From: an uncultured Clostridia bacterium | Lineage (GTDB): Bacteria > Bacillota > Clostridia > Oscillospirales > Oscillospiraceae | DNA: 60,812 bases | Reading direction: 5' to 3' | Assembly (NCBI GenBank): GCA_947164825.1 | Contig: CAMUYE010000001.1 | Coordinates: forward strand, 1 to 60,812 | Shown here: in pieces, positions 1 through 7,134 of the stretch | Numbering within the stretch: position 1 is the stretch's first letter | Layout of the letters: each line of letters opens with the position of its first letter | Position numbers and translations under genes: made by a program | Notes under the pieces: model-generated | Seen by the model: only the letters and a program-made list of their open reading frames with translations | Told to the model about the DNA's origin: nothing | Databases searched by the model: none

Positions 1-672
1 GCGGTAGACCTGCATTTCGATGTCCTCGGGGCGGATGTCCACCTCGGCGGCCTCCATCTCGGGCAGCACCGCCACCGTGGCGGTGGAGGTGTGGATGCGG
101 CCGCCAGATTCCGTCTCCGGCACCCGCTGGACCCGGTGGACCCCGGATTCAAACTTCATGCGGGAAAAGGCGCCGTCGCCGCAGATCAGGAAGTCCGCCT
201 CCTTGACGCCGCCCAGCTCGGTCTCGTTGTAGTTCAGCAGCTCCAGGGTCCAGCCCTTGGAGGCCGCGTACATGGAGTACATCCGGAACAGCGAATGGGC
301 AAAGAGGGCGCTCTCCTCGCCGCCCACGCCGCCGCGGATCTCCACGATGACGTTCTTGTCGTCGTTGGGGTCCCGGGGCAGGAGCAGAATGCGGAGCTCG
401 TCCTCCAGAGCCTCGGCGTCGGCCTTGGCGGCCTGGTACTCGTCCTGAAGGAAGTCCTTCATCTCGGGCTCCTCGGCCATCATGGAGAGGGCTTCGGCCA
501 TGTCGGCCTTCGCCTGCTTCCAGCGGCGGAAGGCCGTCACCACGGGCTCCAGCTCCCGCTGCTCCTTCAGATACTTCGCCGCCAGCTTCGGGTCGGCAAA
601 GAAATCCGGCTGCTCCGAGCGGGCGCAGAGCTCCTCATACTTATTCTCAAGCTGCGCTAATTTTTCTTCCAT
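1..672 (-). CDS. prfA: peptide chain release factor 1, N-terminal ~224 aa (gene continues beyond window start)
   Basis: Absent from the ORF track because it has no stop in the window. Minus-strand translation from ATG (670-672) reads MEEKLAQLENKYEELCARSEQPDFFADPKLAAKYLKEQRELEP...LRILLLPRDPNDDKNVIVEIRGGVGGEESALFA...GVHRVQRVPETESGGRIHTSTATVAVLPE, the RF-1 pattern. The + strand ORFs 91..660 and 482..1045 are antisense artefacts. Confidence 0.9.
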   Translation of the reverse strand, partial: MEEKLAQLENKYEELCARSEQPDFFADPKLAAKYLKEQRELEPVVTAFRRWKQAKADMAEALSMMAEEPEMKDFLQDEYQAAKADAEALEDELRILLLPRDPNDDKNVIVEIRGGVGGEESALFAHSLFRMYSMYAASKGWTLELLNYNETELGGVKEADFLICGDGAFSRMKFESGVHRVQRVPETESGGRIHTSTATVAVLPEMEAAEVDIRPEDIEMQVYR

Positions 673-706
673 GGAATTCTCCAATCAATTGATAGCTTTA
701 CGGGGT

Positions 707-736
707 ATTATACCATATTCGCGGTCCGATTTTCAA
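707..736 (-). promoter_or_regulatory. sigma-70-type promoter upstream of prfA
   Basis: On the minus strand: TTGAAA (736-731), 18-nt spacer ending in TGg, TATAAT (712-707), about 35 nt upstream of the prfA ATG. Confidence 0.55.
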
Positions 737-796
737 TCGTTCCGGAAAAAATCTTTATCGTCCGCCGCGCAAATCGGGGTTTGTCGGGATTCCTCC

Positions 797-873
797 GTAG
801 GGGCCGGCGTCCTCGACGGCCCGCAGGTATCAGTTACATGTACGTTCGGGGCGTCGAGGACGCCGCCCCCTAC
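797..873. repeat. REPIN-like doublet copy 1: two inverted GTAG-headed palindromic units 25 nt apart
   Basis: GTAGGGGCCGGCGTCCTCGACGGCCC (797-822, +) and GTAGGGGGCGGCGTCCTCGACGCCCC (873-848, read on the minus strand). Nearly identical arms recur at 2078-2154 and 36954-37030. Confidence 0.85.
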
Positions 874-894
874 GGTCTCACAAATCCGCATTCG

Positions 895-2037
895 TCACCC
901 CACAAAAAACGCTTCGATCGCTTTGCGGGGGGCGTTCACCCGGCCCTGGGCGAAGTTGGGCTTGCCGCCGCCGCGGCCGTTGAGGGCCGCGTTCATGTCT
1001 TTCACGAAGCTCCGCAGATCGCCGCCCTCCCAGCCGACGGCATAGGCCCAGCCGGTCTCGTCGTCGCCGGAGAAGGCCGCGCAGCGGCCGCCGCAGGTCT
1101 CCATGACCTCCACGCAGAGGCGGCGCAGGGCGTCCGGGGCCAGGCCCTCCTCAAAGAGGACCACGTTCCCCGCTCCACGCAGGGCCTCCGCCCGGGCGGC
1201 AGCGTACCGGCCCTCCCAGAAGGCCCGCTCCTGCTTCACGGCGTTCAATTCGCCCTGCATCCGTTCCACGGCCTTGGCCGTCTCCAAGGGCTTGGCGGAG
1301 AGCAGGCCGGAAACGCTCCGATTCTGTTCCATCACGGCGGCCAGATAGCTGTAGGCCCGTTTGCCGCAGAGCAGCTCCACCCGGATCCCCTGGTGGAATT
1401 TCACCGCGGAGAGCAGCTTTACAAGGCCGATCTCCCCCGTCCGTTTCACGTGGGTGCCGCAGCAGGCGCAAATGTCCACCCCCGGGAACTCCACCAGCCG
1501 CAGCGCGCCCTGGATGGCTTTCTTGCTCCGGTATTCCACCGGGCACTCGGCTTCCCCGGCATAGACCGTCACCCGGGTCTCCAGATCTTCCCAGATGGCC
1601 TGGTTGACCTGGAACTCGATCCAGCGCAGCCTGTCCCAGGACAGGACCCGGTCGAAGTCGATGGTGATTACCTCGGCGCCCATGTGAAAGCCCACGTTCT
1701 CACAGCCGTAGAACTGATGGGCCAGGCCGGAGACCAGGTGTTCGCCGGAGTGCTGCTGCATCAGGTCAAATCGCCACTCCCAGTCGATCATCCCGTAAAC
1801 TCTTCCGGACAGGGGCCGGTCTACCGTGTGGATCACGACGCCGTCCCGCTCCTGGACGTCCAGCACCCGGGCTTCTCCCAGTTCCCCCTGATCGCAGGGC
1901 TGTCCGCCCCCCTCGGGGTAGAACGCCGTCCGGTCCAATACCACGGCATAGCCGCCTTTCACGGCCTCGCAGGAGAGAACCTGCGCAGAGAAGGTTTTCA
2001 AATAAGCGTCGGTTTCGTAGAGTTTTTCGGTTATCAT
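895..2037 (-). CDS. alaX: alanyl-tRNA editing protein, AlaX-L type (AlaRS/ThrRS second additional domain + DHHA1-like C-terminus)
   Basis: ORF 895..2310 trimmed to ATG 2035-2037 (MITEKLYETDAYLKTF...). Zinc/editing motifs QQHSGEHL and ACCGTHV are present. The 91 upstream codons of the ORF read through repeat copy 2 and are rejected. Confidence 0.8.
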   Translation of the reverse strand: MITEKLYETDAYLKTFSAQVLSCEAVKGGYAVVLDRTAFYPEGGGQPCDQGELGEARVLDVQERDGVVIHTVDRPLSGRVYGMIDWEWRFDLMQQHSGEHLVSGLAHQFYGCENVGFHMGAEVITIDFDRVLSWDRLRWIEFQVNQAIWEDLETRVTVYAGEAECPVEYRSKKAIQGALRLVEFPGVDICACCGTHVKRTGEIGLVKLLSAVKFHQGIRVELLCGKRAYSYLAAVMEQNRSVSGLLSAKPLETAKAVERMQGELNAVKQERAFWEGRYAAARAEALRGAGNVVLFEEGLAPDALRRLCVEVMETCGGRCAAFSGDDETGWAYAVGWEGGDLRSFVKDMNAALNGRGGGKPNFAQGRVNAPRKAIEAFFVG

Positions 2038-2077
2038 GGGGATACCACCTTTATTGCAGATTGGGAGTTGTAAGGCC

Positions 2078-2154
2078 GTAGGGGGCGGCGTCCTCGACGC
2101 CCCGAACGTGTCGTTCTCTGATACCTGCGGGCCGTCGAGGACGCCGGCCCCTAC
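2078..2154. repeat. REPIN-like doublet copy 2 (reverse orientation relative to copy 1)
   Basis: GTAGGGGGCGGCGTCCTCGACGCCCC (2078-2103) ... GGGCCGTCGAGGACGCCGGCCCCTAC (2129-2154). The arms match the reverse complement of copy 1, and only the central ~10 nt differ. Confidence 0.85.
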
Positions 2155-2242
2155 GAAATTGTCTCGACAGCTCCCGATTTGCCGGGAACTTTCTGTGTGC
2201 TTCATCGTCAAAAGAACAAGTCCATAACAGGAGGGTGTGCAA

Positions 2243-2764
2243 ATGAAGGGCAAGAACAAATGCAAGATTCTCAAGGAGATCCGCCAGAAGATCGCCGACG
2301 AGAACGACATCCCCTACGTGACCCGGGAATGTACCTATCGGGGCGATTGTAAGGGGACCTGCCCGAAATGCGAGGCGGAGCTCCGCTATCTGGAACAGGA
2401 GCTGGAGAAGCGCCGCCGTCTGGGAAAGACCGTAGCCGTGGCCGCCGTGGCGGCGGGGCTGAGCCTCTCTTTGGCCGCCTGCACCCCCGGCGGAAGCTCC
2501 GGCGCGGGCAGCGGCGGAGATCTGGGCGGCGTCGCGGTCCCCTCCTACACGCTGCCCGTCCCCACAGACTCGAACACCGAGCGGCCCCTGGAGGGCGAGC
2601 CGGTGGAGTTGGAGGGCGACGTGGCCGCGCCTACGGAAACCGCGGAACCCCTGGTGGGAGAGTTCATTGAAAACACAACAGAAGATCCTCCTGAGCTCCT
2701 GGGAGACGTGGAGTACTTCCCCGAGACGCCGGATGATGTGCCGGAAACCACCGAAGCCCAATGA
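2243..2764 (+). CDS. hypothetical Cys-rich, single-pass membrane protein (cytoplasmic CX5CX3CX2C module, TM helix, acidic Pro/Glu/Thr-rich tail)
   Basis: AGGAGGG lies 7 nt before ATG 2243. Sequence MKGKNKCKILKEIRQKIADENDIPYVTRECTYRGDCKGTCPKCEAELRYLEQELEKRRRLGKTVAVAAVAAGLSLSLAAC.... The stop overlaps the next start (ATGA). Confidence 0.6.
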   Translation: MKGKNKCKILKEIRQKIADENDIPYVTRECTYRGDCKGTCPKCEAELRYLEQELEKRRRLGKTVAVAAVAAGLSLSLAACTPGGSSGAGSGGDLGGVAVPSYTLPVPTDSNTERPLEGEPVELEGDVAAPTETAEPLVGEFIENTTEDPPELLGDVEYFPETPDDVPETTEAQ

Positions 2765-3375
2765 GCGAGCTGAAATATCCCCTGCTGGCCCTGTCCCGGC
2801 ACCGGATGGAGGTGGACGGCGAGGGCGTGACGACCCTGGTCGCCGGGGCCGGCTGTCCCCTCTCCTGCGCCTATTGTATCAACAAAAGCCTGCTTCGGCA
2901 AGCCCCAAGTTTTGTGACGGCGGCGGAATTGTATGAAAAAGTCCGCATCGACGACCTCTATTTTCAGGCCACGGGAGGCGGCCTCTGCTTCGGCGGCGGC
3001 GAAAGCCTGCTGCACGCGGACTTCTATGAGGCCCTGCGGCCCCTCTGCTCCGGCTGGCGCTTCACCGCCGAGACCAGTCTGAACGTCTCCCCGGAGGCCG
3101 TCCGCCGGGCCGCCGAGATCTTTGACGCCTTCATCATCGACGTCAAGACCCTGGACCCGGCGATCTACGAGCGTTACACCGGAAAGCCTCAGGGGCCTGT
3201 AAAAGAAAACCTCTCCTGGCTGGCGGCAAACTTCGAACCGTCCCGCCTGCACGTTCGGGTGCCGCTGATTCCCGGGTACAACAGCGAAGCCGACCAGGCG
3301 CGAAACGAGGCCGTCTTGCGAGAGATGGGCTTTCCGCACATTGAGCGTTTCCCTTACGTGATTCGCCCATCGTAG
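2761..3375 (+). CDS. small radical SAM protein, activase-like (NrdG/PflA-type fold, 204 aa)
   Basis: CxxxCxxC cluster motif GCPLSCAYCINKS and a GGGE SAM-binding motif (FGGGESLLH). Translationally coupled to the upstream gene. Confidence 0.75.
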   Translation: MSELKYPLLALSRHRMEVDGEGVTTLVAGAGCPLSCAYCINKSLLRQAPSFVTAAELYEKVRIDDLYFQATGGGLCFGGGESLLHADFYEALRPLCSGWRFTAETSLNVSPEAVRRAAEIFDAFIIDVKTLDPAIYERYTGKPQGPVKENLSWLAANFEPSRLHVRVPLIPGYNSEADQARNEAVLREMGFPHIERFPYVIRPS

Positions 3376-3427
3376 CGGCGCACAGTATGCGTCATAACGA
3401 GCGCCCCAAAGCACGCAGAGACCCTGC

Positions 3428-3480
3428 AAACCGCCCGCGCCCCGGATGATCCCGGAGCGCGGGCGGTTTGATTTCGTTTG
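3428..3480. terminator. bidirectional intrinsic terminator between convergent genes
   Basis: AAACCGCCCGCGC (3428-3440) pairs with GCGCGGGCGGTTT (3457-3469), followed by GATTTCGTTT. Confidence 0.6.
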
Positions 3481-3487
3481 GGCTATG

Positions 3488-4009
3488 CTATTCCTCCGCG
3501 TTGAGAACAGCTTTGAAATAGTCGTTTACGGCGCCGCCGCCCCATTGACAAAGCTGCTTTGATCTTCTTTCGTAATGATCCTGGAAATTCATGCGTATGG
3601 CGGAAATGTCCGGATCGTCCGGTGCGAGGACAGACGCTTCCTCTACCATTTCCAGCCCTCTGTTCTGGATCTCGTCAACATCATCGCCGCGCTCCAAAAC
3701 GAACCAAAAGGGCTGGACGTGCATCAAGTATCCGAACAGAGCCAGGTAATCCGGATCATGCGGAAAACATTGATCCCCCGTCTCGGTAATCTCTTTTAAT
3801 CTTCTCATATACAGACCGAGATCGATCTCCCGATTGATAAACGGATGATCCCAGTAGCAGATCAGATACCAGATTTCCGCCCCGGCACACAGGATCCCAT
3901 TTTTGTCCTGGGGCTCCCTTTTCCACTGTTCATACAGATAATCCGCCGCTTCGATCCATTGATTTCTGTTTTCAAGCTCGATTGCGACCGGGTCGAAATG
4001 AAGAACCAT
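3488..4009 (-). CDS. hypothetical cytoplasmic protein, 173 aa, in a locally low-GC segment
   Basis: ORF 3488..4120 trimmed to ATG 4007-4009 with GGAGGAG upstream. MVLHFDPVAIELENRNQWIEAADYLYEQWKREPQDKNG.... By eye about 50% GC versus >60% in the flanks. No family recognised. Confidence 0.55.
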   Translation of the reverse strand: MVLHFDPVAIELENRNQWIEAADYLYEQWKREPQDKNGILCAGAEIWYLICYWDHPFINREIDLGLYMRRLKEITETGDQCFPHDPDYLALFGYLMHVQPFWFVLERGDDVDEIQNRGLEMVEEASVLAPDDPDISAIRMNFQDHYERRSKQLCQWGGGAVNDYFKAVLNAEE

Positions 4010-4077
4010 AATAAGTCTCCTCCTTTGCAGGCAAGCAATGCTTGTTCCTGTGGGCGGTGTTGGTCTTCGAGACACCA

Positions 4078-4134
4078 CCTCATCCGCCCCAGTGTGCGCA
4101 CTGGGGCACCTTCCCCTCAAGGGGAAGGCTTTTT
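4078..4134 (+). repeat. double-hairpin palindromic element (second copy lies inside a CDS at 47575-47622)
   Basis: CCTCATCCG + CCCCAGTG-TGCG-CACTGGGG + CA + CCTTCCCC-TCAA-GGGGAAGG + CTTTTT. The same order of modules, with a different first stem, occurs at 47575-47622. Confidence 0.7.
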
Positions 4135-5417
4135 CAGGCCCAGAACACCCAGATGAACAGGTAGCCTACCAGGACGGCGGTGAGGGTGAAGGGGATGCCG
4201 ATGCGGGCGAAGTCCTTGAATTTCACCTCGTAGCCCTGCTTGCGCAGCAGACCGGTGGCGGTGATATTGGCGGAGGCTCCCACGGGGGTCAGGTTGCCCC
4301 CCAGGGTGGCGCCGCAGAGCAGGCCGAAGTAGAGCAGATAAGGCTCCACCCCCAGCCGGGCCGTCACCACGGACAGCACCGGGAGCATGGTGGCCACGTA
4401 GGGGATATTGTCCACAAAGGCGGAGATCAGCACCGAGCCCCAGACGATCAGGGTATAGAGCAGGAAGAGATTGCTGCCGCCCACCTTGACGATCCACTGG
4501 GCGAAGTCGTCGATAATGCCGATGTTGGTGATGCCGGCGATGACGCAGAACAGGGCGGTGAGCAGCAGCAGTGTCTCGAAGTCCACGCTCTTCACGGCCC
4601 CCACGATGCCCTTGCCGCTCTTCTCGCGGCAAAGCTCCAGCACCATGGTGATCAGGGCCAGGGCCATGCAGATCAGGCCGTTGGTGACCTCGGGCTTATT
4701 GGGGATGAAGGAGGCGGCGATCAACAGCACCACCATGAGCACCAGAGTCACGGAGGGGATATAGTCCCGGACCTCGGTGTGGGCGTCGGAGTGGACGGGC
4801 TGCTTGTCCTTCCGGAAGAGGAACATCATAATGGGCACCGTGGCCAGGGCGCCCAGCTCCACGGCGAAGAACATGCCGGGGCGGCCCTCCATCCAGAAGA
4901 AGCTCATGAAATCCATTTTGGCGTGGGCCGCCAGCATGATGGAGGTGGTGTCCCCCACCAGGGTGGCCGCGCCCTGGAGATTGGAGGAGACGGCGATGGA
5001 GAGGATCATGCCCACGGGGTTGATCTTCAGCTTCTTGCAGACGGCGATGCCCACGGGGGCCACCATGAGGACCGTGGCCACGTTGTCGATGAAGGCGGAG
5101 ACCACGCCGGAGAACAGGGACATGAGGATGGTGACCCACATGACGTTGGAGGCCTTCCGCAGCAGGCCGTCGGCGATCTTGTTGGGCATCTGGGACTCGA
5201 TGAAGTAGTAGACGATGAGCATGGTGCCCGCGATCATCATGAGGGCGTTCCAGTTGATGGCCCCCAGGATCTGATCCAGGGGCAGGACCCCCAGGATCAC
5301 GAAGATCACGGCCACGGCCAGGGCCACCCAGGTCTTGAACCTGGAGAAGCCGATGATGCCCACGTACATGAGGCCAAAGAGGACCAGAGCAACGATTTTC
5401 AGAGTTGATTCAGACAT
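4134..5417 (-). CDS. ArsB/NhaD (CitMHS/SLC13-like) superfamily permease, 427 aa
   Basis: Polytopic membrane protein MSESTLKIVALVLFGLMYVGIIGF...SAFIDNVATVLMVAPV...SAFVDNIPYVATMLPV (duplicated hairpin motif typical of this superfamily). RBS GGAAGG. Confidence 0.75.
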   Translation of the reverse strand: MSESTLKIVALVLFGLMYVGIIGFSRFKTWVALAVAVIFVILGVLPLDQILGAINWNALMMIAGTMLIVYYFIESQMPNKIADGLLRKASNVMWVTILMSLFSGVVSAFIDNVATVLMVAPVGIAVCKKLKINPVGMILSIAVSSNLQGAATLVGDTTSIMLAAHAKMDFMSFFWMEGRPGMFFAVELGALATVPIMMFLFRKDKQPVHSDAHTEVRDYIPSVTLVLMVVLLIAASFIPNKPEVTNGLICMALALITMVLELCREKSGKGIVGAVKSVDFETLLLLTALFCVIAGITNIGIIDDFAQWIVKVGGSNLFLLYTLIVWGSVLISAFVDNIPYVATMLPVLSVVTARLGVEPYLLYFGLLCGATLGGNLTPVGASANITATGLLRKQGYEVKFKDFARIGIPFTLTAVLVGYLFIWVFWA

Positions 5418-5435
5418 AAGTACCTTCCTTTCGGG

Positions 5436-5580
5436 AGAAAAAGGGCGAGACCTCTGCCGCGGCGCGCAGCAAGGCTGCGAGGCGGCAAAGGTCTCGCCTC
5501 TTCGTCCCGGCGCCGGGTCCTGAGACCGTACTGACGGCGGCGGGAGCGTCCCGGTGGACGCTGGCTACTCCCCAATGTCG
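5436..5580 (-). promoter_or_regulatory. riboswitch-like leader with intrinsic terminator; candidate yybP-ykoY (Mn2+) class
   Basis: Minus-strand RNA starts ...AUUGGGGAGUAGCCAGCGUCCACCGGGACGCU... and later has ...GAGGCGAGACCUUUGCCGC. GGGGAGUAGC and GAGACC resemble the two conserved strands I recall for the Mn2+ riboswitch. The 3' strand is also the left arm of a terminator: GGCGAGACCUUUGCCGC/GCGGCAGAGGUCUCGCC followed by CUUUUUCU (5498-5436). Confidence 0.45.
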
Positions 5581-5585
5581 AAGAC

Positions 5586-5614
5586 AATATAACAGATTTT
5601 CGGGGGCTTGTCAA
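5586..5614 (-). promoter_or_regulatory. sigma-70-type promoter of the permease leader
   Basis: Minus strand: TTGACA (5614-5609), 17-nt spacer, TATATT (5591-5586). The GGGGAGUAGC motif begins about 13 nt downstream. Confidence 0.65.
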
Positions 5615-5638
5615 GAGCGAACACGGCGCAGTTGAAAA

Positions 5639-5748
5639 CTGGGATTTGTAGGGGCCGTAGGGAGGCATCCCTTGATGCCTCCGCCGATGACGATGCGCGG
5701 AGCGATGTGGGCATCGCTCCCTACGGCGCTGCGCGACAAATCCCAATT
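5639..5748. repeat. REPIN-like doublet with outer inverted arms
   Basis: TGGGATTTGT...GTAGGGAGGCATC-CCTT-GATGCCTCC (5657-5682), a 16-nt spacer, then GGAGCGATG-TGGG-CATCGCTCCCTAC (5699-5724)...ACAAATCCCA. Both outer and inner arms are inverted repeats. Confidence 0.85.
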
Positions 5749-5757
5749 TGGCGCGCT

Positions 5758-7119
5758 CTATGCCGCGGCGCGGCGCAGCTTCCGCCAGATGACGAAATAC
5801 ATGGTGGTGAAGCAGGCGGATGCGCCGCAGAGCTGGCTGATGAACTCGGCCCAGAAGACGCCCTCGACGCCCAGACCCAGGCTGGGGAGCAGGAGGGTCA
5901 GGGGCGCTACCAGGATCAGCTTGCGCAGGGTGGAGAAGAAGAGGGCGTGCTTGGGGCGGTTCAGAGCCACAAAGGTGTGCTGGCCCGTGACCTGGAGGGC
6001 CATGAAGGGGAAGGCCCCAAAGTAGATCCGGGCGCAGCGGATCGTCAGCGCCACCAGGTCCTCGTCGTCAGTGAAGATCCGGATCAAAGGCTGGGGGAAG
6101 AACATGGCCATGGTCCACATGAGGGTATTGATAATCAGACCGCCCAGAAGAACGAAACGGATGCCGTCGGAGACCCGGCGGTAGAGCTTCGCGCCGTAGT
6201 TGTAGCTCATAACGGCCTGGCCGCCCTGGGTCACGCCGTTGATGGGCAGGCTCATAATCTCCCGCATGGAGTTGATGAGGCCCATGGCTCCGATGTAGAG
6301 GCTTTCCGCTCCGCCCCAGGTCTTGAGCATGACGTTGACAATGGCCTGGGTAATCGAGTTGGTAACCTTGAACATAAAGCCGGTGACGCCCAGCTTGACC
6401 ACGTTTTTGAGCTCCCTGCCGTCGATCCCCAGGCCCAGCAGACGGACCGGGGGCCGCTTACCCGTCAGGAAGCGAAGGACCCAGAGGGCGCTGACGGTCT
6501 GGGACAGGACCGTCGCCAGGGCCGCGCCCCGGACGCCCATGCCAAAGGCATAGATAAACAAGGGGTCCAAAGCGATGTTCAGAGCCGCGCCGAGGAGCAC
6601 CGTCATCATGCCCACCCGGGGAAAGCCCTGGGAGTTGATAAAGGCGTTCATGCCCAGGCTGATGAGGACCGGGATCGTCCCGACCACGTAAATCCGAAAA
6701 TAGTCCAGGGCGTAGGGCAGGGTGATCTCGTTGCCGCCGAGGACCGTCAGGGTCCAGGGCGCCGTGACAAAGAGCAGGACCATCAGGATCCCGCCGACAA
6801 TGAGCAGGAAGGTGAAGGCCGTCTGCATGATCCGTCCGGCCCGCTCGTCGTCCCCCTCGCCCCGGGCGATGGTGCAGAGGGTGGCCCCGCCGGTGCTGCT
6901 CAGGTTGGCGAAGGCCCCGATCAGCGTGATCAGCGGAAAGCAGACCCCGAGCCCGACCAGGGCGTTGGTGCCCTCCGGCTTCGGCAGGTGGCCGATGTAC
7001 ATGCGGTCCACGATGTTGTAGAGCACGTGGACCAGCTCCGCCAGCATGATGGGCAGCCCCAAGCGGAGGCTCAGGGAAGAAACCTTCCCCTGGGAAAAAT
7101 CACCTTTTGCGGCGGTCAT
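5758..7119 (-). CDS. MATE family efflux transporter
   Basis: 453 aa, 12-TM pattern. N-terminus KVSSLSLRLGLPIMLAELVHVLYNIVDRMYIGHL is typical of MATE/NorM-like pumps. RBS AAGGAG. Confidence 0.85.
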   Translation of the reverse strand: MTAAKGDFSQGKVSSLSLRLGLPIMLAELVHVLYNIVDRMYIGHLPKPEGTNALVGLGVCFPLITLIGAFANLSSTGGATLCTIARGEGDDERAGRIMQTAFTFLLIVGGILMVLLFVTAPWTLTVLGGNEITLPYALDYFRIYVVGTIPVLISLGMNAFINSQGFPRVGMMTVLLGAALNIALDPLFIYAFGMGVRGAALATVLSQTVSALWVLRFLTGKRPPVRLLGLGIDGRELKNVVKLGVTGFMFKVTNSITQAIVNVMLKTWGGAESLYIGAMGLINSMREIMSLPINGVTQGGQAVMSYNYGAKLYRRVSDGIRFVLLGGLIINTLMWTMAMFFPQPLIRIFTDDEDLVALTIRCARIYFGAFPFMALQVTGQHTFVALNRPKHALFFSTLRKLILVAPLTLLLPSLGLGVEGVFWAEFISQLCGASACFTTMYFVIWRKLRRAAA

Positions 7120-7134
7120 ATCGGATCTCCTTTG

